From NCBI GenBank assembly GCA_964016885.1, contig OZ024740.1, forward strand, positions 375,410,001-375,474,000: 64,000 bases of DNA, read 5' to 3'. Source of the DNA: Eledone cirrhosa. Lineage: Eukaryota. A program made the translations under genes and the position numbers. The notes below the pieces were generated by a model. The model ran no database searches. It was not told where the DNA came from and was given only the letters and a program-made list of their open reading frames with translations. Shown here piece by piece: positions 39,913-53,400 of this stretch (position 1 is its first letter; each line of letters begins with the position of its first letter).

Positions 39913-42900
39913 GGGAAGAAGACGCACATGGTGGATAGAAGGTCATGAAATCGCTCCCGTAAGTTTTGATTTTTTAACATATTTAAATCAATTGTGAAAT
40001 AACAATTCTTAGTACAAATGATGCATAACGCATCCGGCTTGAGTCCCAACAAATTCGGATCCATAATATATTGTTATATCGCTCAAATATTCAATTTTGT
40101 ATTATACATTTTATATTCAAAAAAGAAAATGGTTATAAATGTCTACACTATATAGAACAGCCAAATAACAGCAATTTCACCAACACCAGAAACTAGATAC
40201 ACTACCTACCCCATCACCCCTCTGTGTACACTAAACACAACAGCCAGATAACGGCAATTTCACCACCACCACCACCAATCTCAGCATAATAATAATAATT
40301 ACTATTATTATGTCTCAAGTTTTAACAAAATGTTTAATAACAAAATGTTTAATTCCAATATCAAGGAAATATGTCAACACATATACGCGTCTAACCCCAT
40401 AAATTCTCCGATCAAACAAAAATACAGTCTATTTAACAAAACTCAGTAACGACAACGCCATCACTACAGTCACCGCCGCCGCCCATCCATCATTACTACC
40501 ACTATCCCATCACCATTGCCACCGCTCCTTCATTGCTACCACCGCTATCCCCCCATTACCTTCTGTTAACTTACGAAAGGGGAAGATGGCGGTATCACTA
40601 GACAATATTAATAAACAAGATTAATATTTAATTTTGGATCAGGAATGTTAGAGTCGAAAAGGAGGAAAATGACAAAATGACTAAATAACTAAAGATAATT
40701 TCACCACCAACACAACCACCACTACCACGATGAAAACTCTAGTCAAGTCGACTCGACTCGACCGTTATTTCTACTCTAACTTCAACACGATCACTACAGT
40801 GATGCAAACACATCACCACCACCACTGCCTCATTATCTCTACCGCCGCTATTCTCTCCCGCTGCCCCCTGCTACATTGTAGAATCCACACTAAAAGAGGA
40901 AGGCATCAAAATATATAAATAGACTGAATTGATGACCCGGTCAAAATGAAAAAAACAAAAAACAAAATCAAAGCAGCACAGCAACAACGAAAAACGTAAA
41001 GAAAATAAGAATGAAGAGAAAAACAAACAGACGGACCGAGAAGGGAAGGGAAAAACTAAGTCAGACATTCAAACACTACATTACAATGGAACTTATGCTT
41101 ATTCATTTTTGGGTTTATTTTTGCCTGTTTGTTTGTTTATTTATGTTCGTCTACAGCGTGATAATGCCACACAAAAATCACGTGGAGTGACGAAACCACC
41201 GGAGATGATAAATTCACCGGTGGTTATGTAACCATACATTCACCAATCCTCGATAAGAGTGTTTAAATGTCGAACCTAAACAGTTCGAATAACGGTGAAA
41301 TGGAGACTAGAATGTCATGTGACAGACTCTCACCCAACAGGTGCTCCCTGGCTCAGCAGCAGGGACCTGGCTGTCAACCAAATACTGCTGGTGTCGGAAG
41401 AAGAAGAAGAAGGAAAGGGACCAGAACCAACTGGACAAAATAATTGAATAGAACTGTTATGCAATGTTACCTGAAGAGTAACCCCAAGGAGAAAGGCTAT
41501 AGAAAACGGATGCATAACATCTGGAACGAGATTGGTCTATTTAAATTAGATGAACAAAAATTGGCCGGGCAGGCTCGGGTAATAAGAACTAATGGGTGGA
41601 TAAGCGAGCTGGAACTGGAGGAACTGAGCAACTAGATTAGCTTAGAGATGGAGAGTGGAGTATGCCAGGCAAACGAGCCAGTGGGAAATGAAGGTGAAGA
41701 GGTCGAGAGAATGGAGGAACTAACCGAATCAGGCAATGTTCTGAATGCTGAGATAAATAATACCTGGAACAGAGATACGGCCACTGAGGAGATGAATGCT
41801 GACGGGCTAGGACAAGATTTGGTTGATATCCTAAACTTAGTGGTAGATGAATTGAACAATGATAGTGAGAGACCTATGAACCTAAGATTTGTAGACAGGA
41901 AAAAGTTAAAAGAAACAACAGCTAAGGTAAACAAAGTCATCCCATACTTCACCAGTGCAACAATATCCTCAAAGCAACAGCGAATACGGTGAGGAAACTA
42001 CTTGGTATAAAAGCGAGAGGAAACAACAGACAAGAACGATCAGAACCTTGGTGGAAGAAACGACTGAGTGGTCAAATCAGGGAAATGAGAAATGACATTG
42101 GAAAGCTTGAGTCCCTACTGAATGGGACACTAAAAAAACATAGATACTAAAAATAGACTGGAAATAAAGTACAAAACTAGGAGGAAAAAGCTAAATATTA
42201 TCATAGAGGAACTGAAGCAACGCATTGTAGCAAAGAGTGCAAAAATCAGGCGATACGAGAACAGGGTCAGTCAGTATAGACAGAACCGCATGTTCGACAA
42301 CAACCAGAAGATGCTGTTTGGACAGCTTGAAGGGAAAGAAAGAGGCAATGACTTGATCCCTGAGGCGGAACAAACTAAAACATTCTGGAGAGGAATATGG
42401 GAGCAGGATGTTAAACATAATGACCAGGCAGTGTGGATTGAGACAGTACAGAAGGAGATTAGTGAACAGGCACACCAACAAACTGATTTGAGTATCACAG
42501 TTGAAACTCTTAAGGGGCAGGCCCAAAAATTAACCAACTGGAAATCACCAGGCCCAGATGGTGTGCAGGGGTATGTCTGAGGAAATCTACCATCACCTCC
42601 ACACAAACAACTTGTTATCGGACGAACAGAAAGGATGCCGAAAGAAGTCACGTGGTACAAAGGACGAGTTACTTATTGATAAGATGGTAATGAGGAATTG
42701 CAAGAGGAGACACACTGGTCTTGCCATGGGATGGATAGACTACAACAAGGCATTTGACATGGTGCTTCGTTCTTGGATCACCAAAAGCCTGGAGATCTTC
42801 AAGGTGGCAGATAACATCAGACAGTTGTTGGGCAAAAGTATGAAGTCCTGGGAAACAGAGTTAACATCAGCTGGAGAATCCTTGGGAAACGTGAAGATCA

Positions 42901-44540
42901 AGAGAGGTATCTTCCAGGGAGATAGTCTGTCCCTTCTGTTGTTTGTCCTTGCCCTGATGCCCCTGACCAGTGTACTGCGAAAAGTGAGAACAGGATACAG
43001 GACGGGAAAGGGAGGGCTTACCATCAATCACCTCCTCTTCATGGACGATCTTAAGCTCTTCAGGAAGAGTGAGAAGAAGTCGGATGTGCTTGTTGACACT
43101 GTCCGTATTTTCAGCAATGATATACGTATGCAATTTGGTATTAGTAACTGTGGAGTCATTGTGATGAAGAGCGTTAAGTTGAGCAGAAGTATCGGAATCC
43201 AGATACCAACAGGTGAGATGATAAAGGAAATTGACACTGCAGAAGGATACAAGTATTTGGGCCTTCTGGAGGCTGATGACATCAAGAACAAAAAAATAAA
43301 GGAATTGATAAGAACTGAATACATTCGGAGAGTAGGGAGCGTATTAAATTCAAATCTGAACAGTAGGAATGCCATAAGTGCAGTAAATTCCCCAGCTGTG
43401 TCTATTATTAGGTACAGTGTGGGAATTCTGAGATGGAATGTTGCTGAACAAAAAGAAATGGATAGGAAGACTAGCAAGCTATTGACTATCTACAACTTGT
43501 TCCACAAGAGGAGTGATGTCGATAAACTCTACTTAAGGAGATCTGAAGGTGGAAGAGGTCTTATCAGCATAGAGGAATGTGTTCAGATGGAGAAAAACAA
43601 CCTACACAAATACGTGACTGGTAGTAAGGAGCCAATGCTAAGAACTGTACTGAGGGGGGGGGGGGGGGCAATAGGCCAGGGGATGTCCAAGGGGGAAATA
43701 GCATCAAGGAGAAAGAGCAGCTTTCAGGAAAAATCCCTTCATAGTACCTTCTTTGAGGAAACTAAATTTAGAGATCCACAGACAGGGAACTGGTTGAAAA
43801 GAGGAGACCTTAAAAAGGCTACAGAAGGAATGTTAATGGCTGCGCAGGAGCAGGCCCTCAAAACGAAGTGGTTGAAACACCATTTTTACAAGGAGGGGAA
43901 TAGCCCACTGTGCAGGTTCTCTGGAGAGAGAGAGGAGACTGTGGCTCACATTGTATCCGAGTGTAAACACTTAGCCCAGACTCACTATAAGGGCTGGAGA
44001 CATGATGTGATGGGCAGGGTGATCTACTGGCACCTATGCAAAGTAAACAATTTACCACATTCGGAGAAATAGTATGAGCATAAGCCAGAGGCGGTGATAG
44101 AAAACGATCAGGTGAAGGTGCTGTGGGATTTTAGGATACAGACGGACAAGAAACTGGAACACAATAGACCTGACCTGGTAGTTGTGGACAAAGAAAAAAG
44201 ATCGTGCCTGATTGTGGATGTGGCCTGCCCATTCGACACAAGAGTGCAAGAGAAGGAGAGGGAGAAAATTAACCGATACCAGGACTTAAAGTGGGAGGTA
44301 AAAAGGATTTGGAACTGCCATGAATTCAAAGTGATCCCGATTGTCATAGGCGCAGTTTCCAGGGATGGTTAAGGAAAATTGGCCCCTTCACGCTTTTTGG
44401 AACGCTTCAAAAGGCATGCTTGCTGGGAACAGCAAGAACCCCCCGATACGTCCTGAATATCAGAGGCTGCAGGTAGTGGCTTGGTATTCATTTCAACAAA
44501 CTTTCCAGTTAACTAACATCAATGACTGAGACTCAAAGAG
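39911..44540 (+). mobile_element. R4/Dong-like RLE retrotransposon copy 1 (disrupted)
   Basis: Colinear with 50491-54968; ~200-bp deletion at ~42575, frameshifts, G-run at 43654, TAG at 44070; flanked by (TAA)n. Confidence 0.9.
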
Positions 44541-44547
44541 TAATAAC

Positions 44548-44596
<49 letters not shown>

Positions 44597-44837
44597 TTTT
44601 CTTTATTAACCACGGGTTTACATAAAGTAGACATTAAGGACAGTACAGGACAATACAGGACGGTACAAATGGGCATTTCTGCGGGTAAAAAAAACAGAGG
44701 ATGTAATAAAATAACAAAGAAAAATTCACCAATAGGGGGGAGACTTCCGAGGGACATTTGTGGAGAAAGCCCATTAAAAGACCCGAATGACCCTGACCAC
44801 CAGGGCAAGTGCCCTCTCCCAGTTTTCCACCTTTAAT

Positions 44838-47800
44838 TTACAGACACATACTCAGAGTAGGCCCATTCACTCGGGCCATTCTTGCTTCTCTCACCCATCT
44901 TTCAACAAAATGCTGGGAAGAGAGCACTTCCCTCTCTACCCTGATTTTCCTTTTCAAATGAAATATGAAAATGTTAATCAGGGCATCACCGAAGAGTTAA
45001 GTGCTCGTCTTCAGCCCTTTCAAACGTGTCCACCATACTATCTCTTTCGCCATGGCCACCAGACAGATAAAAACTACCTGCCCTTCCCGGCTAAAGGAAG
45101 AGGGTGGGGCAATCCTCACGATGGACTCAGCTGATAGCTGGATCCGTGCTACACGTGACAGCAGGTGTTCGACATAAACCCACAAGTCAGCAATGCTCGG
45201 ACACTGGACGAGTACGTGCAGGACGGTTTCGTTGCTCTGTGCGCATCTCGGACATGCCCGGCTGACGGCACCTCCATGCCTGTAGAGTTTATCCCGAACT
45301 GGCAAATCTCCCCGGTAGCACTGCCAGAGCAAGGATTTCTGGAAGTTGTCCATAGGCCCCGGCCCGAAAGTCCTTCCGAAGAGATTGGCTAGTTGATTTT
45401 CGTCGACGCCTAGTGTTTCTCCAAGTACGTCGTCGCTCTTCCCCTCCACTAATCCTCTATAGAATGCCAAGGTGGAGTTTCCACCGATCACTTTGCCCGA
45501 TTGGTCGAGGGTTTTGAGCGCCTGAAGACATTCCAGACTCCAAGCGCTCCCTCTCCGCCTTCGCTTGACCCAGGACTGCAGCTCCGTCAAGGAGACGAGC
45601 TGGGGAAAGACGTGTCTAGCAAACGGCGACCACACCTGATCACCGTCGAGGAAGAGGTGGAGATGTCGTAGCCTGAGCGCGTGTCTGCGCATCATCAGCC
45701 ACGACATGCCCAGCCCTCCACGTAGCGGCTGTTGATAGCAGATGGACCGCCTGACCATCGGGGCGTATCCCTGCCACAAAAAGCGAAAGATCAAACGCTC
45801 CAGCGCAGTCAGGCAGGGCTTAGGACAAGGTACGACGGTCAGGCGGTAGTAGATGACGGACGCGATGTACGCGTTAGCCACCTCCGCTCGACCTTTCAGG
45901 GATAGCTTCCTCTCGGCCCATTTCTGGGTGAGAGAAGCCACCCTGCTCGTCACCTCGTCCCAGCTTTTGTCCGTCTGGAGGTCTGGACCGAACCAGATCC
46001 CTAGCAATTTATCCGGTCCGTTCGTCCAGCGCCCGACGACGCTGTTGGACGGCATGGACCTGTCTCTCCAGGTGCCGAGCTGCAGGCCCACTGACTTTTC
46101 CTGGTTGATCATTGCTCCTGTCACCGCTTCGTATTCTCTTAGTGTAGTGCCGATCGCCTCGATGTGTTTGGCGTTCGACACCACTACGGTGACATCGTCC
46201 GCATATGCTGACACGGATCTTCCGCATCCTAGTTCGCGCAGGACCCACTCAACGTCTCCAGTTTCTGCAGTAATAGCTCGAGAGTCAATACGTACAATGG
46301 GGACGAGAGGGGACATCCTTGGCGGACCGAGCGCATGATGTTGAACGGTTCCGAAAGGTGACCGTTCACTCTAACCACAGAGCAGATGTCGCTGTGCATG
46401 GCAGCGATCCAGACTCTGAAGACGGGCCCAAAGCCAGCCGCCCTCAGGACTGCCGCTAGGTAACGATGGTCGACCCTATCAAAGGCTTTCGACTGATCTA
46501 ATTTGATCAAAGACCCACCCGTGCCAGGTTCCCTAGCTATCCTCTCTACGATGTATCGCATTAGGTGCAGGTTGTCGTGGATGGATCTGTCGAGAATGGC
46601 GCATGACTGCGCCTATCCCACCAGACCACCAACGACAAGCGCGAACCTCTTTGCTAGCACCTTGGCCAAAATCTTGAACCCTGTTTTAGCAGAGTTATGG
46701 GCCTAAAATTATCTATGTTATCCCCCTTGTTCGGATCCTTTCTCAGCAGCGCCACCGCTCCTCGGCTCACAGAGCTGGGAATTCTCCCGTTCTGTTGCCA
46801 GTTGCAGTAGACGTCCGCCAAGAGGCCTCCGAACAAGTCTGGCATTTGTACGTAGAGTTCATAGGGCAGACCATCCAAACCAAGCGTTTTACCCCTTGTG
46901 CAGCCAGTCATTGCCTCCCGTACTTCAGCGGCTGTTATCGGCTGTTCGCAACACTCCATCTCAGTGGCCGAGAGCCGCGGCAATCCGTCGAGGTAGACAC
47001 TAACGTCCATCCCTCGATCCGGCCCGCCACTGCCCCCAAACAGTTGAGCGAAGTGTCGCTGAAAAGCTTCACACATTTTCCCGGGATCGAGTAGCATGCG
47101 CCCGTCGTGGTCCACCAAAGACCGGATCGTGGCTTTGTTGCCACGACGCGCCTCCGACACTCGGGCCCATTGAACGGCTTACGTCTCCTCGTGTCTGAGA
47201 GCACGCTTCCTAGCTCTAGCAACGCAGCCTTCGTGCTTTGCATTGAAGAATTGGTGAAGGGCCAATTTCTCCGCAAGTAAGTCGGTCGCGATGGCTTTGC
47301 AAAGCGCCTCGTCTAATTTTTTCACTAATTCTCCCTCTGCTCTATTTTTCTCTATTGCTAAAGCCTTACTAAACCTAATGGACTTTATTCTAATTGCTCT
47401 TTTCAGAGAAAACTACCACTTGTTGTTGACGTTGGCCCCCGTTAACGCCCGCTTTACTAGTTCGCTAATCCGGTCTCTGTAGGCCTTGCGCGCTGGTAAG
47501 GACGCGTTTAGCTTCCAGTAGCCGGGTCGTCGTCTATGCTGCCTATCTAAGTCAAGCACACAGATCACGAATTTGTGGTCCGTGTAGCTGACTATCTTGA
47601 ATTGTGGACAGCCTATGCTAGACCTATCTATTTCCCTACAAAATACTCTATCTAGATATGATCTGGATGACCCTATGCGATTTGTCCAAGTCCACATTGG
47701 TACATTCGGGAAATCCAATCGGTACCTGTCAGACAGTTCAAAACGCCTGAGCAGGTTGGTGAGACTCTTGCACCCTCCTCCCCAATCCACTAATCCCACA

Positions 47801-48254
47801 CAGTCCCAGCGTGCATCTAAGATCCCGTTCCAATCGCCCACTAACACTAAAGAGCGGGACGTTCCAAGAAAGTCTCTAGACGCCGGAAGAAATCAGGCCG
47901 CCCTGCCCCTGTCGGGGCATAGACGGCCACTAATCTGAAAGCTTGCCCGTCTCCGCTGGTCACGTCCAGCACCACCAACTTACCTTCTGGGTCAAGGAAG
48001 ATGGCCCGTATGGCAAGAACCAAACCTCTCCGAAAAAGTACAGCAACTTCTCCCCCCGATCCAGGACGGCTGGGAGTTGCGTACACATCGTAGCCGCCGA
48101 AGATCGGTGCGAAGGCCCGTGCCTTGGAGATTCTGGTCTCGCTGATGGCCACTACATCTATGTTTAGTGACCTGAGGACGTTGAGCAGATGGCCCTGCTT
48201 CCATGACGACCCTAAGCCAGGCGCATTTATGCTGCCTATTCTGAGTGAGGTCAT
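44838..48254 (-). pseudogene. Tx1-like ORF2, frameshifted
   Basis: MTSLRIGSINAPGL, SETR, VYAP, GDWN, SYLDR, TDH, RQGCPLS, YADD, CPRC..ETVLHVLVQC. Confidence 0.9.
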
Positions 48255-48289
48255 GTTTAAAAGGAGTGGAAAAGATGGGAAAGACCACT

Positions 48290-50228
48290 TACCTTACTTC
48301 TCGTAGAGGAAGCACGGTTTTTCCATCCTTTTCACTGCTTGTGGCCTCCTCCGGAAGGATGTCCTTATAAATCCTCCTGGAGAGTGCTTGTCGGAAGTCT
48401 CCGATGTCATTGGGGATTTTTTGTTTTAGTGTCATGTACGTTTTCTGTGTGAAGCGAGTGATTTGTATGTGTGGAGGTGGTGTGAATTTTTGGTGTTGTT
48501 GTGTAGTCTTTTTCTGTGATGCTGGTGTTGTGTTGGATGTAGTGTAATAATTGTTTGTTGTTCAAATTTAATGCTGTGTAGTGTGTATCGTTTTGGTTGT
48601 TTTCTTCTGTTTGAGTTTGTTGTGGGTTTGTTTCTGTTTCGCATTTTGGTGACTATTGTGGTGTAGGTGATGGTGGTGTTGGGGTTAATGATGGTGATGG
48701 TGTTGGTGTTTGGGGTGCTGGGGTTGGTGATGCTGGTGTGAATGGTGGCATATCTGTCCTAACTTTTTTGTTTGTTAATTTATTTGTTTCCCTCTGTATT
48801 TTGTTTTTGGAGGGGGAAGGAAGAGAATTTTTTTCTGTTTTGCTATCTTTTTTTTTCCTGATACCGTTTCCCACTCCTCGTCGTCACAATATGTCTCCAG
48901 TTTTGATAGGCCCGGGAGTGGAAAATCCTCCACAGGCGTTAGTTTTGGTTGTGGCGTGGTGGATGGTGTAGGCGCTGGTGCTACTTCTGGCGCGTTGGGT
49001 GGTGGTGTGTTGGTGTTGCTACTGTTGCTGGGGTTGTTGCTGTTATAGTTGCTTCTGTTGTTGCTGCTACAGTTGTTGCTGCCATCTCTGCTGCTGGAGG
49101 TGTTGATGGTTGAGTCACTGGGGTGGGCAAGAGAGGTGGCCTCAACCTTTTAGCATGTGAGGGCAGAAAGCCCTTTTGTGGGTTCCTTCACCACAAACGA
49201 CACACCTAGGCCGTCTGCTCTCGACGATTACAGTGAGGTGGCTGCCGTCAGTGAGGTCTATTACCTCTGGGATCTCATCAATGCTTTTTTGGTCCGCTTG
49301 GATCAGGAGCTCCATCCCTGATCCGGACCAGTTCTCCTGCTTTTCTCTCGCTATTGCGATTATCTTGGTGCTGGCTTCGATGCCGGCGAGGATGGCAGCT
49401 ATTAGCCAGGGAATTTCGATGGCCGGTGGAACGTGGGTCACCCTGATCTTTACGAGTCTCTGGCCACAATAGCTCGGGACGAGTGTGAAGTCGTTACTTC
49501 TTAATGGGGCCATGGAGTGGTCTCTAGCCTCCTGTGGTGTTTCAAAGAACACGTCCACGGGTCCATATTTTTGCCCACGTCTGATGTGGATTTTTTTGCC
49601 CACACATGTCCCAAAGCTTTTGGAACTCGGATGCCCGTTCCACTCGGCGCGATTTTATATTTATTGTTCGATAAGATACGGTGCATAAGCGCCGATGCTC
49701 CATTTTATTAGGTGTGTGTGTGGGGGGTGGGGTGGTTTGAGGCTGACCCCGTACCCATCTTTCTTTACCATTTTTTTGGCTTCTTCTAATTCCTCCTGAG
49801 TTACCTGAAATGCTTGGCACTGTTTTGCTACTCTGGCAAAACTCAGGGTGGTTTTCTTAATGTCATTGTTGCTGTTGTTGTTATCGCTATTTTTGTTATT
49901 ATTAATTTTAATTTCAGTTGAGGTGGTGTTGGCGTCAGTGGTGTTCGGTGTGGAAAAGTTCATGTTGGTTGAATTCATTTCGACATCACGAGTTAATTTA
50001 CTTTTTTCTTTTGTTTCTGTTGTCGCGGTGGGGGGGGGGGGGGGGGGTTGTGGTCGTGCTGGGGTTTCAACATCTTAAGTCATTGGTAATGGTGGGAAAT
50101 TAATGTCTACCAGAGACAAATTTAAAATATTGCTACTGCTTATATTTTAACGTAGTAATATTTACAATGGTGGTGTCGGTATGAGGTGTTAGTTTGTGAG
50201 GAAGGAGTGACTCTGAGTCATCCAGCAT
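48290..50228 (-). pseudogene. Tx1-like ORF1, broken
   Basis: CVVCGEGTHKRAFC knuckle; homologous to copy A ORF1. Confidence 0.8.
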
Positions 50229-50439
50229 TTTTCAAAGAAAAATTTTTGTTTGATAATTATAAATGTTTAAATGTTCGGCTCAAGGCCCCAATCTTTTTGG
50301 GTGTCCTTTTCAGATAACAATGTATGTGCACTTATATACAGTTAACAATAAAAATTTTCCATGAATGGCAATTTTAAACAACTGAAAATAACAAACTTTT
50401 GCAGAGCTCACGATGATACGATTTACTACGTAGGTCGCC

Positions 50440-50490
<51 letters not shown>

Positions 50491-53400
50491 CATTTGTGAA
50501 ATAACAACTCTTAGTACAAATGCTACGTAAAGCACCCGGCTTGAGCCCCCAAAAAATTCGGACCCAAAATATATTGTTATAAGGCTCAAATATTCAAATA
50601 TTCAACTTTGTATTGTACACTGTATATCAAAAAAAAAAAATGGCTATAAATGGAAGAAGAAGAACCCCCCCCCCCCCTCCTCTCCTCTGGCTACACTATA
50701 TAGGACAGCTAAACTCACCAACACCAGAAACTAGATACACCACCCACCCCATCATCTGTGTACACTAAACACAACAGCATTTTCACCTTCACCGCAACCG
50801 CTCACTACGGCCATCATTACCACCACTATCCCATCACCGCCGCCACCACCCCTTGACTCCTTCACTGCTGCTGCCACCGCTACAGCACCATCACTACAGT
50901 AATACGGTCGCATCACCGCCACCACTGCCTCGGTATCGACATCACCACCACCACTGTCTCAGTATCGCCAACGCCGCCCTCTCCCACTTCTCCCTGCTGG
51001 CTGCTACTACTACTTCCACATTATAGAATCCCTACTACTAACAAAGAGGAAGGCATCAAAATATATGGATAGACTCAAAAGAAAAAAGAAAAAACAAACA
51101 ACAAAACCAAAGCAGCACAGCAACAACAGCAAAAAACGAGAAAAAAAAACAGAGAAAAACAAAAACAAAAAAAGAAACCCCAAAAACGTAAAGAAAATAA
51201 GAATGAAGAGGGAAGCAGGCGGACGGACAGAGAAGAGGGGGGAAAAAGTAAAACTTAAAAAACAAAAACTAAGTCAGACATTCGAATACTACATTACAAT
51301 GAAACTTATGCTTATCCATTTTTGGGGCCCTTTCTGCCCGTGTGTTTGTTTGTTTATGTGTGTTCGTATACAGCGTGGTGATAATGCCACACAAGGGCCA
51401 AGTGGGATGGCGGATCCACAGATGGCTATGTAAACATACATTCGCCAATCCTCGATAAGAGTGTTTAAATATCGAACATAAACAGTTCGAATAACGGTGA
51501 AATGGAGACTAGAACGTCATGTGACAGACTCTCACCCAACAGGTGCCCCCTGGCTCAGCAGCAGGAACCTGACTGTCAACCAAATACTGCTGATGTTGGA
51601 GGAAGAAGAAGAAGGAAAGGGGCCAGAACCAACTGGACGAAAGAATTGAATAGAACTGTTATGCAATGCTACCTGAAAAGTAACCCCAAGGAGAGGGGCT
51701 ACAGGAGACGGATGCATAACATCTGGAACGAGATTGGTTTATTTAAATTAGATGAACAAAAATTGGCCGGGCAGGCTCGGGTAATAAGAACTAATGGGTG
51801 GATAAGCGAGCTGGAACTGGGGGAACTGAGCAGAGAGAATGGCTTGGAGATGGCGGGTGTAGTATGCCAGACAAGCGAGCCGGTGGGAAATGAAGGTGAG
51901 GAGGTCCTGAGAACGGAGGAACCACCCGAAGCAGACAATGATCTGAATACTGAGATAAATAATACCTGGAACAGAGATACGGCCACTGAGGAGATGAATG
52001 CTGACGGGCTAGGACAAGATTCGGTTGACATCCTAAATCTAGTGGTAGATGAATTGAACAATGATAGTGGGAGACCTATGAACCTAAGATTTGTAGACAG
52101 GAAAAAGTTAAAAGAAACAACAGCTAAGGTAAACAAAGTCATCCCATACCTTGAGGCGAGGAGTCTTCACCAGTGCAACAATATCCTCAAAGCAACAGCA
52201 AATACGGTGAGGAAACTACTTGGTATAAAAGCGAGAGGAAACAACAGACAAGAAAGAGCAGAGCCGTGGTGGAAGAAGCGACTGAGTGGGCAACTCGGGG
52301 AAATGAGAAATGACATAGGAAAGCTTGAGTCACTACTGAATGGGACACTAAAAAACATTGGCACTAAAAATCGACTGGAAATAAAATACAAAACTAGGAG
52401 TAAAAAGCTAAATATTATCATAGAGGAATTGAAGCAACGCATTGTAGCAAAGAATGCCAAAATCAGGCGATACGAGAACAGAGTCAGTCAGTATAAACAG
52501 AACCGCATGTTCGACAACAACCAGAAGATGCTGTTTGGACAGCTTGAGGGGAAAGAAAGAGGCAACGACTTGATCCCTGGGGCGGAACCATCTAAAACAT
52601 TCTGGAGAGGAATATGGGAGCAGGATGTTAGACACAATGCCCAGGCAGGGTGGATTGAGACAGTACAGAGGGAGATCGGTGAGAAGGCACAACAACAGAC
52701 TGATTTGAGTATCACAGTTGAAACTCTTAAGGGGCAAGCCAAAAAACTAACCAACTGGAAATCACCAGGCCCAGATGGTGTGCAGGGGTATTGGATTAAA
52801 CATTTAACATCCCTCCACCCGAAGCTGACGGCCATGTTCAATGACTGCTTGGTGTCGGGTGAGGTGCCAGAGTGGTTGACAAAAGGTACCACAGTTCTGA
52901 TAATGAAAGACCGAATCAAGGGTAATGATGTTACCAACTATAGACCTATCACATGTCTGCCCGTAATGTGGAAACTGTTGACGAGCATTGTGTCTGAGGA
53001 AATCTACCATCACCTCCACACAAACAACTTGTTACCTGACGAACAGAAAGGATGCCGAAAGAAGTCACGTGGTACAAAGGACCAGTTGCTTATTGATAAG
53101 ATGGTAATGGGGAATTGCAGGAGGAGACACACTGATCTTGCCATGGGATGGATAGACTACAGAAAGGCATTTGACATGGTGCCTCATTCCTGGATCACCA
53201 AAAGCCTGGAGGTCTTCAGGGTGGCAGATAACATCAGACAGTTGCTGGGCAGGAGTATGGGGTCCTGGGAGACAGAGTTGACATCAACTGGAGTATCCTT
53301 GGGAAGCGTGAAGATCAAGAGAGGTATCTTCCAGGGAGATAGCCTGTCCCCTCTGTTGTTTGTCCTTGCCCTGATGCCCTTGACCATTATGCTGCGAAAA

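Larger units (their letters stand above)
44596..50439 (-). mobile_element. Tx1/L1-like non-LTR retrotransposon copy B (full-length, disrupted)
   Basis: Same termini as copy A (5' GGCGACCTACGTAG; 3' AATAAAGAAAAC + (ATT)n). Confidence 0.9.
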